In this document: in pieces, positions 13,651-25,981 of the stretch
Position numbering within the stretch: the first letter of the stretch is position 1
Layout: the number at the start of each line of letters is the position of its first letter
DNA from: Lophium mytilinum
Taxonomy: Eukaryota
DNA: 64,000 bases
Reading direction: 5' to 3'
Assembly (NCBI GenBank): GCA_010093605.1
Contig: MU004191.1
Location: 1,782,816-1,846,815 of the forward strand
The notes under the pieces: generated by a model
What the model saw: only the letters and a program-made list of their open reading frames with translations
Databases searched by the model: none
Told to the model about the DNA's origin: nothing
Translations under genes and position numbers: made by a program

Positions 13651-16600
13651 TTTATAGTAAAGATAACCTTAGGGATGCTAGAAATTTATATATAGTAGCG
13701 TAAAAAAAATATACGCGTATAAGATTTATATACTACTTTAGTAATTATAGTCTTTCTACTATTATAAAGGCATTAAAAGAGTTATAGGGCTATAGCTTAT
13801 AGCTATAAGCTTATGCAGGCGGCTCCCTAGATATATAGCCTTATTCTTAACCTATTATTTATATATATAGTATAAGTAGTTCTTTTATTCTTTACTATTC
13901 TATTCTATCTTATAGAAACTCCCTCTAGTTACTTATATTAGCCTTATAATTCCCTTCTATAAAATTCTAACTAGCCCCTATATAAAGGATAGAAGCGTTA
14001 TATATAGAGAACTTTTTACTACTATTAGCTCTATACTCTTAGCTACGCCGGAATTATAAGCTATAAAAGAAGGAGAAGAATAAACTACTCTTATTCCTTA
14101 TTACTAACTAGATAGTAAACTATTACTTTATATAAACTTCTAGTACCGTTCTATATTATATCTTTTAGCGGCTGCAAAGTTTACTTTATTATGCCTTTAC
14201 TTCTATTTAATATAAAATTAGTAGACTAGTAGAAAAAGGGTATATATTATATTTAGTAGTAGCTTTTATATCTTCTAATATATATTAAACCGCTCTAAGT
14301 ATTCTTTCTATACTTTTTAGATAAAGAACTAGAATTTTTAAATATACTATAAAGTAGTAAGCTATATAGAATAATATAGATATATAATTTAAGCGGCCTA
14401 GTAAGAGTATTACTATTCTATATCCCCTTAAAGCTACTATTTCTTTTAGACTACTACTCTTATTACTCTAATTATTTAACTTTCTAAAGCTATATAAGTA
14501 TTACTAATAGTAGACCGCCTAGTTTATAATCTTAGAAAAGAAGGTAGAGATATATATCTAAACTAAGCTTACTTCTAGTATTAAACTTACTATTAAGTAG
14601 GCATGCCTAAAGGCCTAGAAGAAAATATAAAGTTAGGTTTTAAAGACGCACTAACTTAAATAGATAAACCTTCTTAATTAATACTATATAATATATTTAA
14701 TTAATCTATAAGTAGATAGTATAACTAAAGGGCGTCTAAAGAGATATAGGGATTCTAAAAGTAGTAGAGAAGAAAAGCAGCGCATTTAGAAGGGCGCGAG
14801 GCTTAATAGTAATATAACCTTTAACTAGGACATTAAAGTTTCTACGCGTTGTATTATAATTCTAACCCGTAGAATTATAACTGCGTCTAGTTAGGTTGCG
14901 GGTTTAGGCTAACTAGTACCTATTAGAGCTACGGCATCTACTAAATATCTAAGCTATAAGCTACCGGCCCTAACTATAGTATAGATAATTAGCTAATAAA
15001 ATATATAAATACGTGTTATAGGTATAAGAGAAGCTTTTACTAACCTTAGAATAGTTTATACTTTAGAAGGATTTAAAGATATAATTATAGAATAAGTTAA
15101 ATTATTATAGAAGGTTATAGACTTACTACCTAGAAGTAAGGGACCTAATATATTGCCCCACTATTACCTTAATAGGCCGGGAAGGGGAGGGAGAAAAAGT
15201 AGAAAGAAGAGGAGGTAGCTTACGGGTTATATATGCGGCAGGTGCCTAATAGTTTATAATAGCTACAGCTTATAGTATTTTAAGAGGAGAATAAGTAGTA
15301 GAGTTTAGAAAATAATTATATAGTTTTTAGGCTCTCTCTTATAATAAATAGTAGATATAATAGTAGATTATATACTATACTAAGGCTAGAGAATAATATA
15401 TTAGACTAGAAAATAATTATACCTTATATTTTCTTACTGCTTTTTATAGCTCTAGCTAGCTATACTAGCTAGCGGTGGATATTACTTATACTAGAAGTAG
15501 CTAAGATCTTAGTTAGCTCTTCCCTAGTACTAAATTCTTATCTTCTTTCTTACTACTACTTCTTTCTCTATTTTCTAAAAGATATATTTTTAAGAATATA
15601 TACTAGGGTTATTTTAGATTAATTCTAATATAAGGGGCGCCGCTAGAAAGATTATCTAATTATGTAAGCATTATGGCGTTATAGAAAAGAATAATTTAGC
15701 TCTTAGAAGGTAAGTTTAAAATTAAATAGGCTAAATAACTAGGTATATATTAGATTATAATAGTATTAATAGTCTTAGTACTAGAGGTAATAGAGGCTAG
15801 CTACTAGACTAAATACTAGTCTAGCATAACTAGACTTATACGCGCGCGAACTCCTCTATTAATTCTTAGCTAGTTAATATTTTATAACGTTAGTAATAAT
15901 AATTTTATAGAGCCTACCTATCTTTTCTATTTTACTTACCTTAATTACTAATAGCGCTTATATAATACTTATATAATAGTGTTACTAATATGCCGCTATA
16001 ATCTAGCTAGTAAGCTATAGTATTATTCTTCTTATTATCTTATAGCTATTATCCTTAATATCTATTCTATTAGTAGGCTTATTAACCTCTTTAAGAGCTT
16101 TCTTCTACTAATACCCTCTCTATATATAAACGCCGCCTAGCCCGCCCTCTAACTAATAGGTACTAATGTAAATATAACTATGCCTTATTTTAACTAGACG
16201 CAATAGAAAAGCTTTACTTAGAATCTATAGAGAATTTAATAACGCTAGTAATAGACCCTGCATAATTTCTCTAGCACTACTAGAGCTACTTAATATATAT
16301 AGTAGCGTTAAGCGTAAAAAAATAGTAATAGAGATATTTATAGTATATTTATTATCTTTAGTCCGCCTTTCTTATATACTAATACCTCTAATAGAAAATA
16401 AAATACGTAATATAGAGGTTATATAAAGGCTTAGTAAACCTAAGTAATATACGCCCTTACCTAGTAGCTATAGAGCCGCAACGCAATTAAATATTACTAG
16501 CAATTTACGCTATATAGTAAGCCGCCTTATCTAAATTTTATATAAAACTATACTCTTATATTATCTAATATAAAGCTTATATAAAACTATAGTTATATAT

Positions 16601-17459
16601 TTAAAGTAAAATACTACGCGAATATATATAGTACTATAGAAAAATTCTATTAGAGGGTTAAATATATAGCTTCTTAGAAATACCTCTATAGTATTAGAAA
16701 ATATATATTAGATAGAGTTTTAATTACTAACCTAGCTACGCCTATCTATCTATACCTATAGAGCTGTAGAATGTCTTTCTATAGTAGTAAGTTTTTAAAG
16801 TTTAAAACTAACTGCCTTTTAAACTTTAAGGTAAACCCTTAGGCCTATTCTAAGAAATTAATTATTCTATAGATACTATAGTATAGTTATACTTTTATTA
16901 GGCGTATTCTAGAGCTATAGAGGGTATAACTTTAAGATTCTATATATAAACTATAAACTTATAATTTTCTAATACTCTTATTCTGCACCTCTTAGCTTTA
17001 AATCCTCTTTCTTTAGTAAATAATAATAAAACTAATTATATAGTTTAAGAAACTTATTAGTTAATAATTATAAATTAAACTCCCTATAAATTAGGTTTAA
17101 AAGCTAATTACTGCGTGGCGCATAAAGTTTTTAATACTAGACGGAAACTAGAAAGCTTAATCTAAGAGCCCCTTATCTTTTAAACTATCTTTCTAAAGTA
17201 AGGGTGGAAGCCGTAATATAGTATTATCTCCCGCGTTTAACCGCCGGCTTTACTATTATAAGAGGGAGAGGATTCTAAAGAATAGTAACTATAAGTAAAC
17301 CTTTACTACTATCTAACTATATATATTTAGTACCACGCTTAAATCTTCTTAAAATACCCTTTAGATATATTAAATATAAAAGACATTCCTACTATTACCT
17401 ATTATCTCCTTATATTCTTCTATTCTAGTTAAACTTCGGCCGAGCGGCGAGCTACTAGC

Positions 17460-17904
17460 AAACCTATTTAGCTTACTTAGAATTAAGGTAACCTTTATTA
17501 TAGAGAAGGACGCTAGTATAAAAGATATCTTACTCTATAAATATATCTATCTCGTCTTTATTAAAGGCTAATTTAAAGTTATAATCTAGAATAGAGAGCG
17601 CTGCATATTAAATATTTAATATCTTATTTAAAACCTGCTATATATACTAACTAGAATTCTATATTTTAGAGGTTTTTTAAAGGTCTAGAATAACTAGCAT
17701 TGCAAGATTATAGTTATTCTAGTCTTAAAGAAGGCTAATAAAATCTTCTAAGGCTTAAAAGGAGGGTTTATTATTATTATAATAGAGATATACCTAGAAG
17801 CGCTTATATAGAGTCTATAGTTGCGCACCTTAGTTAGGGTAGTCTTACTTTTTAATCTTAGTTATCTTATAGAAGAGGTATATATTAGTAGTGTTAGCGG
17901 CTAT
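17460..17904 (-). pseudogene. RIP-degraded gene fragment of unknown function
   Basis: Frame from ATA (possibly former ATG) reads AANTTNIYLFYKITKIKK*DYPN*GAQL*TLYKRF...ALEDFISLL*D...FKLAFNKDEIDIFIE*DIFYTSVLLYNKGYL. 3' end not fixed. Confidence 0.45.
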
Positions 17905-18037
17905 TATAAGTTAGTATAGTAGATATTAGATATGCTAGAAATAGTAGTTTAATATAGAAGTAGAGAATAGATATAAGTATTAGTAGAATATAAGATAAGA
18001 TTAGTTAAAAAGAATTAAAAGTAGAGATTTAACTATA

Positions 18038-18817
18038 CTATATAGCTTTCCGTCGCGGAACACTAAAGACCTAATTTCTACGCATAATAAATTTAAAGTT
18101 ATAGCTATTTTTATATATTATAGCCCTTACCTATATAGCCGCGCAGTTATAGCCTTAAGTAAAAATAATAAAAGGTCTAATGTAGAGGGCGAGTTTCTAA
18201 GAAACCTACTAGCTACTTATAATTTTTAAAAGTAGTTATATAAAGACTTTAACTTGCAGTAAATAAAGAACCGGGATACTAGCTCTAATTATAAACTTCT
18301 TAGTAATAAAGTCGCCGCCCTAGCACTAAATAATATTACTATATTATAAGAATAGGGCTTCTTCTTCTATATCTATACTAAGACTTACTAGAGAAAGATC
18401 TAAGAATCTTAAAAGGTACTATATAAGGTAATACTTATAAGTATAGCTAGCGGGTTCTCTATTAGTAAGGCCTTAATACTATTATTAAGGAAATTTCCTA
18501 ATTCTAAGTAAGATATAGAGATTCCTCTAAATTTTACTAAAATAAAATCTAACTCCTAGTAGTAAAAATAGATAAAGATTACCTAACCTTCTCTATATAA
18601 AGTATATATAGAGTACTAATAAGTAAGTAGTATATACTATAAAGTCTCCCCGCTTATAATATATAAGATGTAATAGCCTAATAATACTATCTTCCGGAAA
18701 TATTTCTTTTTACAGCATCTAGTATATATATAGTAAGGTGCAACTAGTTTTTATAATAAAAACTAAGCCGCTTATTATTCTAGCTACGCTAAAAGTATTA
18801 TACTATATAGAAGCTAT
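18038..18817 (-). pseudogene. RIP-degraded gene of about 260 codons, unknown function
   Basis: A 780-nt single frame from ATA (possibly former ATG) ASI*YNTFSVARIISGLVF...KEIFPEDSIIRLLHL...EEEALFL*...GGDFITKKFIIRASIPVLYLLQ...VFSVPRRKAI* with sparse stops at Q/W-like positions. Confidence 0.55.
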
Positions 18818-19436
18818 AGTACTATAGAAAATAATTAGTAGTAATAAAAAGAAGTAAAAGAGAGAACTTAGTTAACTTAAGACTACTAAGAGCCTTTTTA
18901 TATAGAATATAAATTACCCTTAACGCCTAGTAAGATACTTATAAAATAATATAGGCGCTCTCTTTAATATTATTATATAAACCTATTCTTAGAGACCCGC
19001 TAGTTACTCTATAAATAAGCTTTAATTTTACTTACCTTAGTATATATCCCCTAAATTAGGTATTTAATTAGAAGTTCTACTAAATACGAGTAGTACCTTT
19101 AAGATTACTAATACTAAGATAAAGCATAGTGCACGATTATAAGGCTATAGTAGATATAAGAGTTAAGAAACTTATATTCTAGCTATTTATAGTAATAATA
19201 GAAATAAGACTAGTAATAATATTAATATTAGGTAAGCAAGTTTTATATTATAATATAAATAGAGCACTAAACTAATATAGCTTCTTAGTTACTAGTAATA
19301 ATAAAAGTGTAATAGGCGAAGTTAATAAGAATACTAGTTAAGCGGAGGTAATTATTAGGTAGACTCTTACGTGCTAGTATCTAAAAGAAGCTAATATTTA
19401 TAAGCCGACTAGGTTTACTACTAAGTTAGAAACTGC

Positions 19437-19685
19437 GTGCCATCCTTAGGTAGTAATTTAGCCTAGCGTAATAGCTAGATCTATCTAATAAATCTAGTTA
19501 AGTTCTAAAAGATATCTTTAGGTAGTATTTTAGCTTTAGAGGGGAATTTTAGAAGTAATTTTATATTATATTTTAATAAAATACTACCTAGGTAGTAATT
19601 TAGCTCTCTATAATAGCTAATTCTACTTTATAATTAGTACTATCTTAAATTAATAAAATACTACCTAGGTAGCAATTTAGCTTAT
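19437..19685. repeat. Array of four roughly 70-77-bp-spaced repeats with a palindromic core
   Basis: aggtag(t/c)a(a/t)tttagc at 19448, 19520, 19590 and 19667. Perfect 16-bp palindrome tactacctaggtagta at 19582-19597 and a near-perfect one at 19659-19674. Confidence 0.8.
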
Positions 19686-20295
19686 ATAGTACCCGAATAT
19701 TATTTTAGTATTAATTTTTTCTGTTAGTATAAAACTATTTCTTATAAATTAGTAGAAAGAAAGAGACGCTAATTATTTTATATTATATAGTAGAGGAAAG
19801 CCTTCCGCTCTTTACTTAGATAAGAAACTAAGAATTATGCTATATAGTTAGACATCTTAGAGTAAGTAGTAGTACTAATTATATTCGCGTTTAAATTTAT
19901 AGCCGTTAAGATTCTAAATAATAGAGAGCTATGCGACTATTTATAGAAGAAATTCCTCTCTAACTTTTATAGAGAGTAGTAATTATAGCTTCTAATAAAA
20001 ATATTCTAGTTATATTTAATCTAATAGGGACTAGTATAGGAAAGATAGTACCTATATACATTCTATAAACTGCGCTAGTAATTAAATCAGCTATAAAGGA
20101 GAGATAATTATAAGATAACGCGTATCTAAAGCTTAGTTATAGTTATATATTAGGTAGGTAATTATAGCCGTTATATACTATTAATTACTGCTATATTTAT
20201 TAATCCCTTTATTATAAATCTATAGTTATAACTTTAACGGGGACTAAGTTCTAGAGTATATAACCACGTTGGGAGAAGAATAAATCTCTAGTATC

Positions 20296-20344
20296 TACCC
20301 TTTAACTCTAGTTAAATCTATTCTTTAACTCTAGTTAAAGGGTA
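20296..20344. repeat. Double palindrome: two tandem tttaact-ct-agttaaa units within a 12-bp outer inverted repeat
   Basis: taccctttaact (20296-20307) is the exact reverse complement of agttaaagggta (20333-20344). tttaactctagttaaa occurs at 20301 and 20324. Confidence 0.85.
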
Positions 20345-20939
20345 AAATATATTATTTAGCCTATTTATAAAGAAGTATAATAAGATATTAAGTTAAGATA
20401 GGCCTTTACGTTGCTAGGAAATAATTAAGTTATTTTAATAACTTTATTATTCCTAATAAGGGAAAATTGCCTTAGTTAGATAAATAGCCTTAAAAGTAAT
20501 AGTTTTATTATGCAAAATACTAAGAAATTATATAATAAAGAACTTATCTTTATTATAATAAGATATAGCTAAAGTATAGTATAGAGGCTATACTATAAGT
20601 AATATAAAAGATTATAGTAGTTATATTACTACCTACTTATACTTAATATAAGTATAGATAATAAAATTAAAAGCTTAAAAGCTTGTAATAGTAATTAATT
20701 TAAAAGATATTTCTATATTTAAAGAACTACTTAATATTCTAGATTATATTAGAAGATATAAGGTTAGTTAGACTACTAAATCTATAAACTGCCTTAACAC
20801 CTCCATTAAAAATTTAGATAATTAAGACAGATTTCTAATAATATAATAATAGTAGTGCAAATAGAGACATTACGCGCTATAAGTAATATCTTTCTTCCTT
20901 ATAGCTAGAAACGTAAGCCTTAAGGCAATAGAGGTATAA

Positions 20940-22335
20940 TATTAAGAAAAAGAAAGTAAGAACGCCCCGGCTAGGACGCTTCTAGTTTAGAGGATAAAGA
21001 GTTTCATTCTAAGAGTAGTTATAATAAGAAGGACGTCTAGCTTCTATTTACTAGTCTAAAAATACTACTAAACCCCGCACTACTTATATAATTTCTATAA
21101 ACCTATAATAAGAGTCTAGCTAATAGAATTAAGTTCTATAAGTGGGCTTAGCTAGCTATATAACGCCTTATTAATAATACTTAGTATAGTACTATAGGTA
21201 ATATTATTATTTTAGTATACTTATTTATAAAGTATACTATTATAAACTATTTAAGTATATATATTTAATAGTATTTTATAATATTATTAATCTAGAATAT
21301 TATCTATTATATATACCTAAAAGTTAAAGGGCGTATAAGTAAGACTATAGAATCTTCTATTTAGTTATATATAGAAGTAAAATATAGTAATAAAGTTATT
21401 TAGAAGTTAGGGGAATTATAGAAGTAAATTAGTACTAATATTTAGAAATAGTTTCTTATAGGAAAATAACTAAATAACCTTATATACGAGTTTAGTAATA
21501 GTTATATCTTCTTTCTAGAAGAGTAGCTATTAAAGTATTAGTAAGATAGTAGACTTAATAGATATAAGTATATATTAACTTTATATAGGCTTTAAAACCG
21601 GTTTATATTTAAGAGTAGTCTATAAGATAAAGCTATATAGTATTTATATTATCTAGATCTTAAAGAGACGGCCGAGAAGTATAGAGTAATAAAACTTAAA
21701 AGGTAGATTTATCTTATTTTTATATATCCTTTATAAGAGGCTTAGGCAGGGTTAAATTTATCTAGAAGTTAAGGAAAGACCCCTTTAGAAGATAAGGTAG
21801 ATTTAGATTCTAGAAATATAATAGAGTAATACTATAGAAAGAAGAAGAGTAAAGTCCTTCTATTAATTAAATAAGAATTAAATCTAAAAGCGGCAATTAG
21901 ATAATATCTTTACTACTCTTACTAGTATAATAGACGAAACTATTTCTATAGTATTAATTTTAACTAGTCCCTAATCTAGCTAGAAGAGAATAAGAATATT
22001 TCTTCTAAGTCTATTTGCTCTATTAGTAAAGCTTTATAATTTAAAATAGCGGTAACTTGCAGCGCTTTCTATATAGTATACCCGTAACTAAGAGTATATT
22101 TAATAGACTAGGGAAACTATATTCTCTAGTAAAATAGGTAACTTTTAGGTCTAATAGCCCGCATACTAAGTAGGCTAAGCTAATTTTTAGGTGCGTAAAT
22201 AGTATAAAGAATATAATTATAGAAGATATATACTTATTAGTAATCTTCTATACTTATAACCTTCTATAGTAGTTATAGTTACTATAAGTTAAGAGAAGAG
22301 ATAGCATTATTAATTACTATATAAGGTAAACCCCT
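20940..22335 (+). pseudogene. RIP-degraded multi-exon gene of unknown function
   Basis: Frame LRKRK*ERPG*DASSLEDKEFHSKS...GK*LNNLIYEFSNSYIFFLEE. Donor gtaaga at about 21541. Intron at 22138-22190 (gtaact...gctaatttttag). Ends approximate. Confidence 0.55.
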
Positions 22336-22979
22336 ATCTTACTAATACTATAATATAGTAATTATAAGAGCTTAGATAATATAGAGTCTAAAGAGTAGTA
22401 GAAATAATAGTAATAAGAATAGACTGCAGGTAAGGGCGAGGGAAATAGTAGTAAGAATAAAAGCAGCAGCGTTATTAGTTTTAACGGCGGTAATAATATT
22501 AGTTAGTAGTAAGAACAGCTAGTATAGAGAAAATAGTATATAATATAGTAATAGAAAAGAGATTATAGGGCTACTAGGTTATAGTAGTAGTTGCGCCCGA
22601 GTAGATATTTCCTCTAAAAGGGCTAAGGTTAAAGAAAATAGGGGCTATATAGTTAATAACTAGAGAAGCTAATTTATTATTCTTATCTTTAGTATTAAGT
22701 AATACTAGTTGCTAGTATAATATATTTATATTACTAGGCGTCTAAATAAATTTAGGTTTAGATAATAATAGAGTAAAGAACGCAGGATACTAGAGCTAGA
22801 TAATAGCTATTATTAATATACTTATATTATACGCATATTAGAAGGTGCACCCCGGGGTAACTAGGTATATAAAAATAATATAAAGCTATTTAGAGCTAGA
22901 AGATAGCTAGTTATACTAACCTTAACTAATATAATTCTATATTAGTTCTAGTACTAATATTATACACGCTTTTCTTCTA

Positions 22980-23880
22980 CTAGGTTATATTCTTTATTAG
23001 CGTAAACCTATTTATATCTCTTTAATAGTTCCGGACGTTCTATATATATAGTTTTAGATACTTTTAATATTAAGCCCTTTTTACTAGATATTCTTCTATA
23101 ATAATATTATCTCTATATTACTTTTAGCTAGATAGTAATAGGGAGCTAAGCTTAGTTATAAGATTATTACGCAAGAGCTTTATAGCTAGTTTTAACTCTA
23201 TATTTATACCCTTCTATAAAATCTCTTAAAGAAGAATACCTAGCAACCCGTTAGTTAGAATATTTTTAAACCTATAATATATACCTACTTAAAAAGTTAT
23301 ATAGCGCATCTTTAAGTCTTCTCTTATTATTATAAAGATTATTTAATAGACGGGGTAGAATATAGTCTATTAGCGCTTATCTATAGAGGATTAAATCTAA
23401 GCCTAGAAGACTAGTGTTTCTAAATAGTCTAGATATTTTAGTCTATTTTTCTAGTAGAAAGTACTACTTAGTTTCTAGTCTTATATTAGTATACTATTAC
23501 TGTTTTAAATTAAAGATATACCTAGGGTATCCTTCTACTTTTAAAGCGCCTATACCTTATAGACTTTAAGTAAGGCCTTAAGTAACCTCTTTAATAGGGG
23601 GTATAAATAGGCTATAAAGCTACTCTAGTATAAATTAATATTATTACTAGATATATAGGCTCTATTAACTAATTCTCTATTAGTATTATTTTAGTTAGTA
23701 GCATCTACTTTATCTTTATCTACTTTATTATAATGTTGCTTCTTCTCCTAATTAAGTTTGCGAATTTCTATTTTAATTATTTTAGTAACCTTAGAATTAT
23801 TTCTAAGGGGAATATTATCTAAATATATATTAGTGCCCCTCTTTATCTATATTTTATTTACTTTCTAAATAATAGAAACC
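22980..23880 (-). pseudogene. RIP-degraded gene fragment of unknown function
   Basis: Protein-like frames DNIPLRNNSKVTKIIKIEIRKLN*EKKQHY...YLYPLLKRLLKALLKV and ALIDYILPRLLNNLYNNKRRLKDALYNFLSRY. Confidence 0.4.
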
Positions 23881-25410
23881 CTATATTACTAAATAAATAT
23901 ATATAGGTCCTCTATAGTTTAGATTTTAGTACTATACTTAGAAAGTTTTAATTTTTAAATATTACTTCCGCGAGCCTAAAAACTATTATATACTATATCT
24001 CGCCGGAAGATATATATTTAATAGTCCTAATTAAGAATAAAAAAGTACTAAGGCTTAGATATAAAACTTCTATAGTATATTTTAAATTGCCCGTTATATT
24101 TATATTAGATATAAAATAGAAAATTAGTTTTTAAGTTATAGAGAAGGAAATTAGTTACTAAGGGCGTAGTTAGGTTTATCTCTAAATAGTAATAAGGAGA
24201 TAAACGGACTATATTATAAAGTTAGAGAATATATTTAAGTAATTCTTTATTTCTATCTTTATATTTTAGAATATTTTAGCCTTAACATTACTTATATAGA
24301 AGGGGTATCTAGTTAAAGAGTAATACTATACTAGCTAGAATTCTAGGGATTTCTTTCTAATACTAGCTTAAGTTTATTTTTACTACCTTTTAGATACTCT
24401 TAAGAGTTTTATAGAGTTAATAAAAGAAAACTATAGTTAGACTAATATTATAATAATCTTAGATAGAAAATGCTTAGCTCTATATATAGTATCTAACCTC
24501 TCTTATCTAGCTTCTTATAGTTAAATAAGATACTAAGTAGCGCTATAGAGTTCGGCTGTTTAGTATAATTTTAACTATATTAGAGTAACGTAGGGCGATA
24601 AAAATAAGGAAATCTATAGTAAGGGCCGAGGTTCTCTTATTCTTTAGAAACTATTTCTATCTCTTAATATTCTAGAATAGGTTATTATAGCTATTATAGC
24701 TATTCTAGTAGTACCTAAAGTAATCTAGCTAGATTAAGTTATTCTAGCTAAGTATTAGAAACTAACTTATTCTAGAAATTCTTAGAAATAAAAGAGCTCT
24801 ATCTATACTTATAGCTTTCTACCCTAGATTAAAAGTATTAGTAGAGAATAGTAAACTATAATTAATTCTTTAAGAACTAGTTACCTCTTACTACTAGAAG
24901 TAGGTCTTTATCTTATCTAATGCCCTTTTCTAACTATTACTAAATAGTATCTTTAGCTATTTAACCTAGTAATATATATAGGTATAGATCTAGCGTAATA
25001 TAAAGAGCTATTCTAATATTTTAGAAAGTATTAGAATTAGTAGCGTAGCTAAAGTAAGGAGGCCTTTTAGAATTATAAATCTATAGGGCTTTATATATTA
25101 GTAAATAAAAGGGTTAGAATAATAATAAGTTCTTATAACTTTATTAAGCTATAAGACTTAATAACTACTTAATAAAACTTCTAGAAGCTCTTAGCTAACT
25201 ATTTACTTAAGAGGGATAAAAAGTCGGCCCCCTTATAGTAAGATAGCTTGGCTAAATAGTCTCTACTAAGATAATCCTTCTAGTAAAGGATTTACTTACT
25301 AGGGTTCTAGAAATATATAGAAAAGTACGCCTATATACGCTTTCCTTTTAGGTATTTTATAATGTATAGGGCACTATTACGTAATATTATTCTTAGTGAA
25401 TGCTAATTAT

Positions 25411-25981
25411 ATGGACTTTTTACCTTGTTCGCCACTTTAGGATCATTGGTAAGCTGAAACCCCCTACCTATTCCATTTTGTTTCAAACTAACATGTTCCA
25501 CAGCCCCATCTGCAAGAAAGAACTCACTAAGCGATGCTACGACAGACTCCATTGGGCTTGGTGTGAAGTTCCCCTCGAGAATGGCGAGCTGTGCGGAGAG
25601 CGTTTCCAGGTTCACTCGCCCGGAGGCTGCATGAAGGTGGGCCATGAGTACCACAATTCGGACGAGAACAATCGCCTCAGAAACCTGCGGCGTGAGTTGG
25701 ATGGCGGCGGCTTGCGCAAGAAGACCCCAGACGCGGAGGAAACCACCGATAAGGAAGAACCCGCCCCCGTTCCCGTCGCTAGAGAGCGAAAGAGACCGGA
25801 GAGACTCAGGACCTGGTTCACCAGCTGGGACAAAACGGAACACCGTGAGGAGAGGGCTCCGCCAGCCCCGAAGAGTACTGCGGACAGGAAGCCGAAGAAG
25901 GCCGAGACGAAAAACACCTACGGCTCCTGGGTCAAAGGCAAGAAAAATAAGAAGAAGGGCAAGAAGGACGAGGCAAACTAA
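25411..25981 (+). CDS. Small orphan protein with a Cys/His-rich (putative zinc-binding) N-terminus and a Lys-rich tail; 5' end possibly damaged by RIP leakage
   Basis: Intron at 25449-25503 (gtaagc...ctaac...cag) splices to give D-H-C-P-I-C-K...C...H...C...C...H...C...H. In-frame TAG at 25438-25440 after the ATG at 25411. True start uncertain. Confidence 0.6.

Larger units (their letters stand above)
1..25400. other. AT-rich, RIP-saturated block (fossil repeated DNA, gene-dense; possible dead giant mobile element)
   Basis: CpA/TpG nearly absent, strong excess of TA/TAG/CTA, and no ORF in the supplied track before 25400. Abrupt return to normal composition at about 25,400-25,500. The left boundary lies outside the window. 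Confidence 0.95.

Noticed and set aside
19437..19685. CRISPR array
   Set aside because: Eukaryotic context, no cas genes, degenerate repeats, and spacers 1 and 3 are related to each other.
22900..25400. Starship captain (DUF3435 tyrosine recombinase) or element terminus at the boundary
   Set aside because: I could not recognise catalytic motifs, a terminal repeat or a target-site repeat. Absence is not proven given the RIP damage.
1..25400. Centromere, telomere or organellar DNA insertion
   Set aside because: No TTAGGG arrays, and the dinucleotide pattern is RIP rather than mitochondrial. Centromere status cannot be judged from sequence alone.
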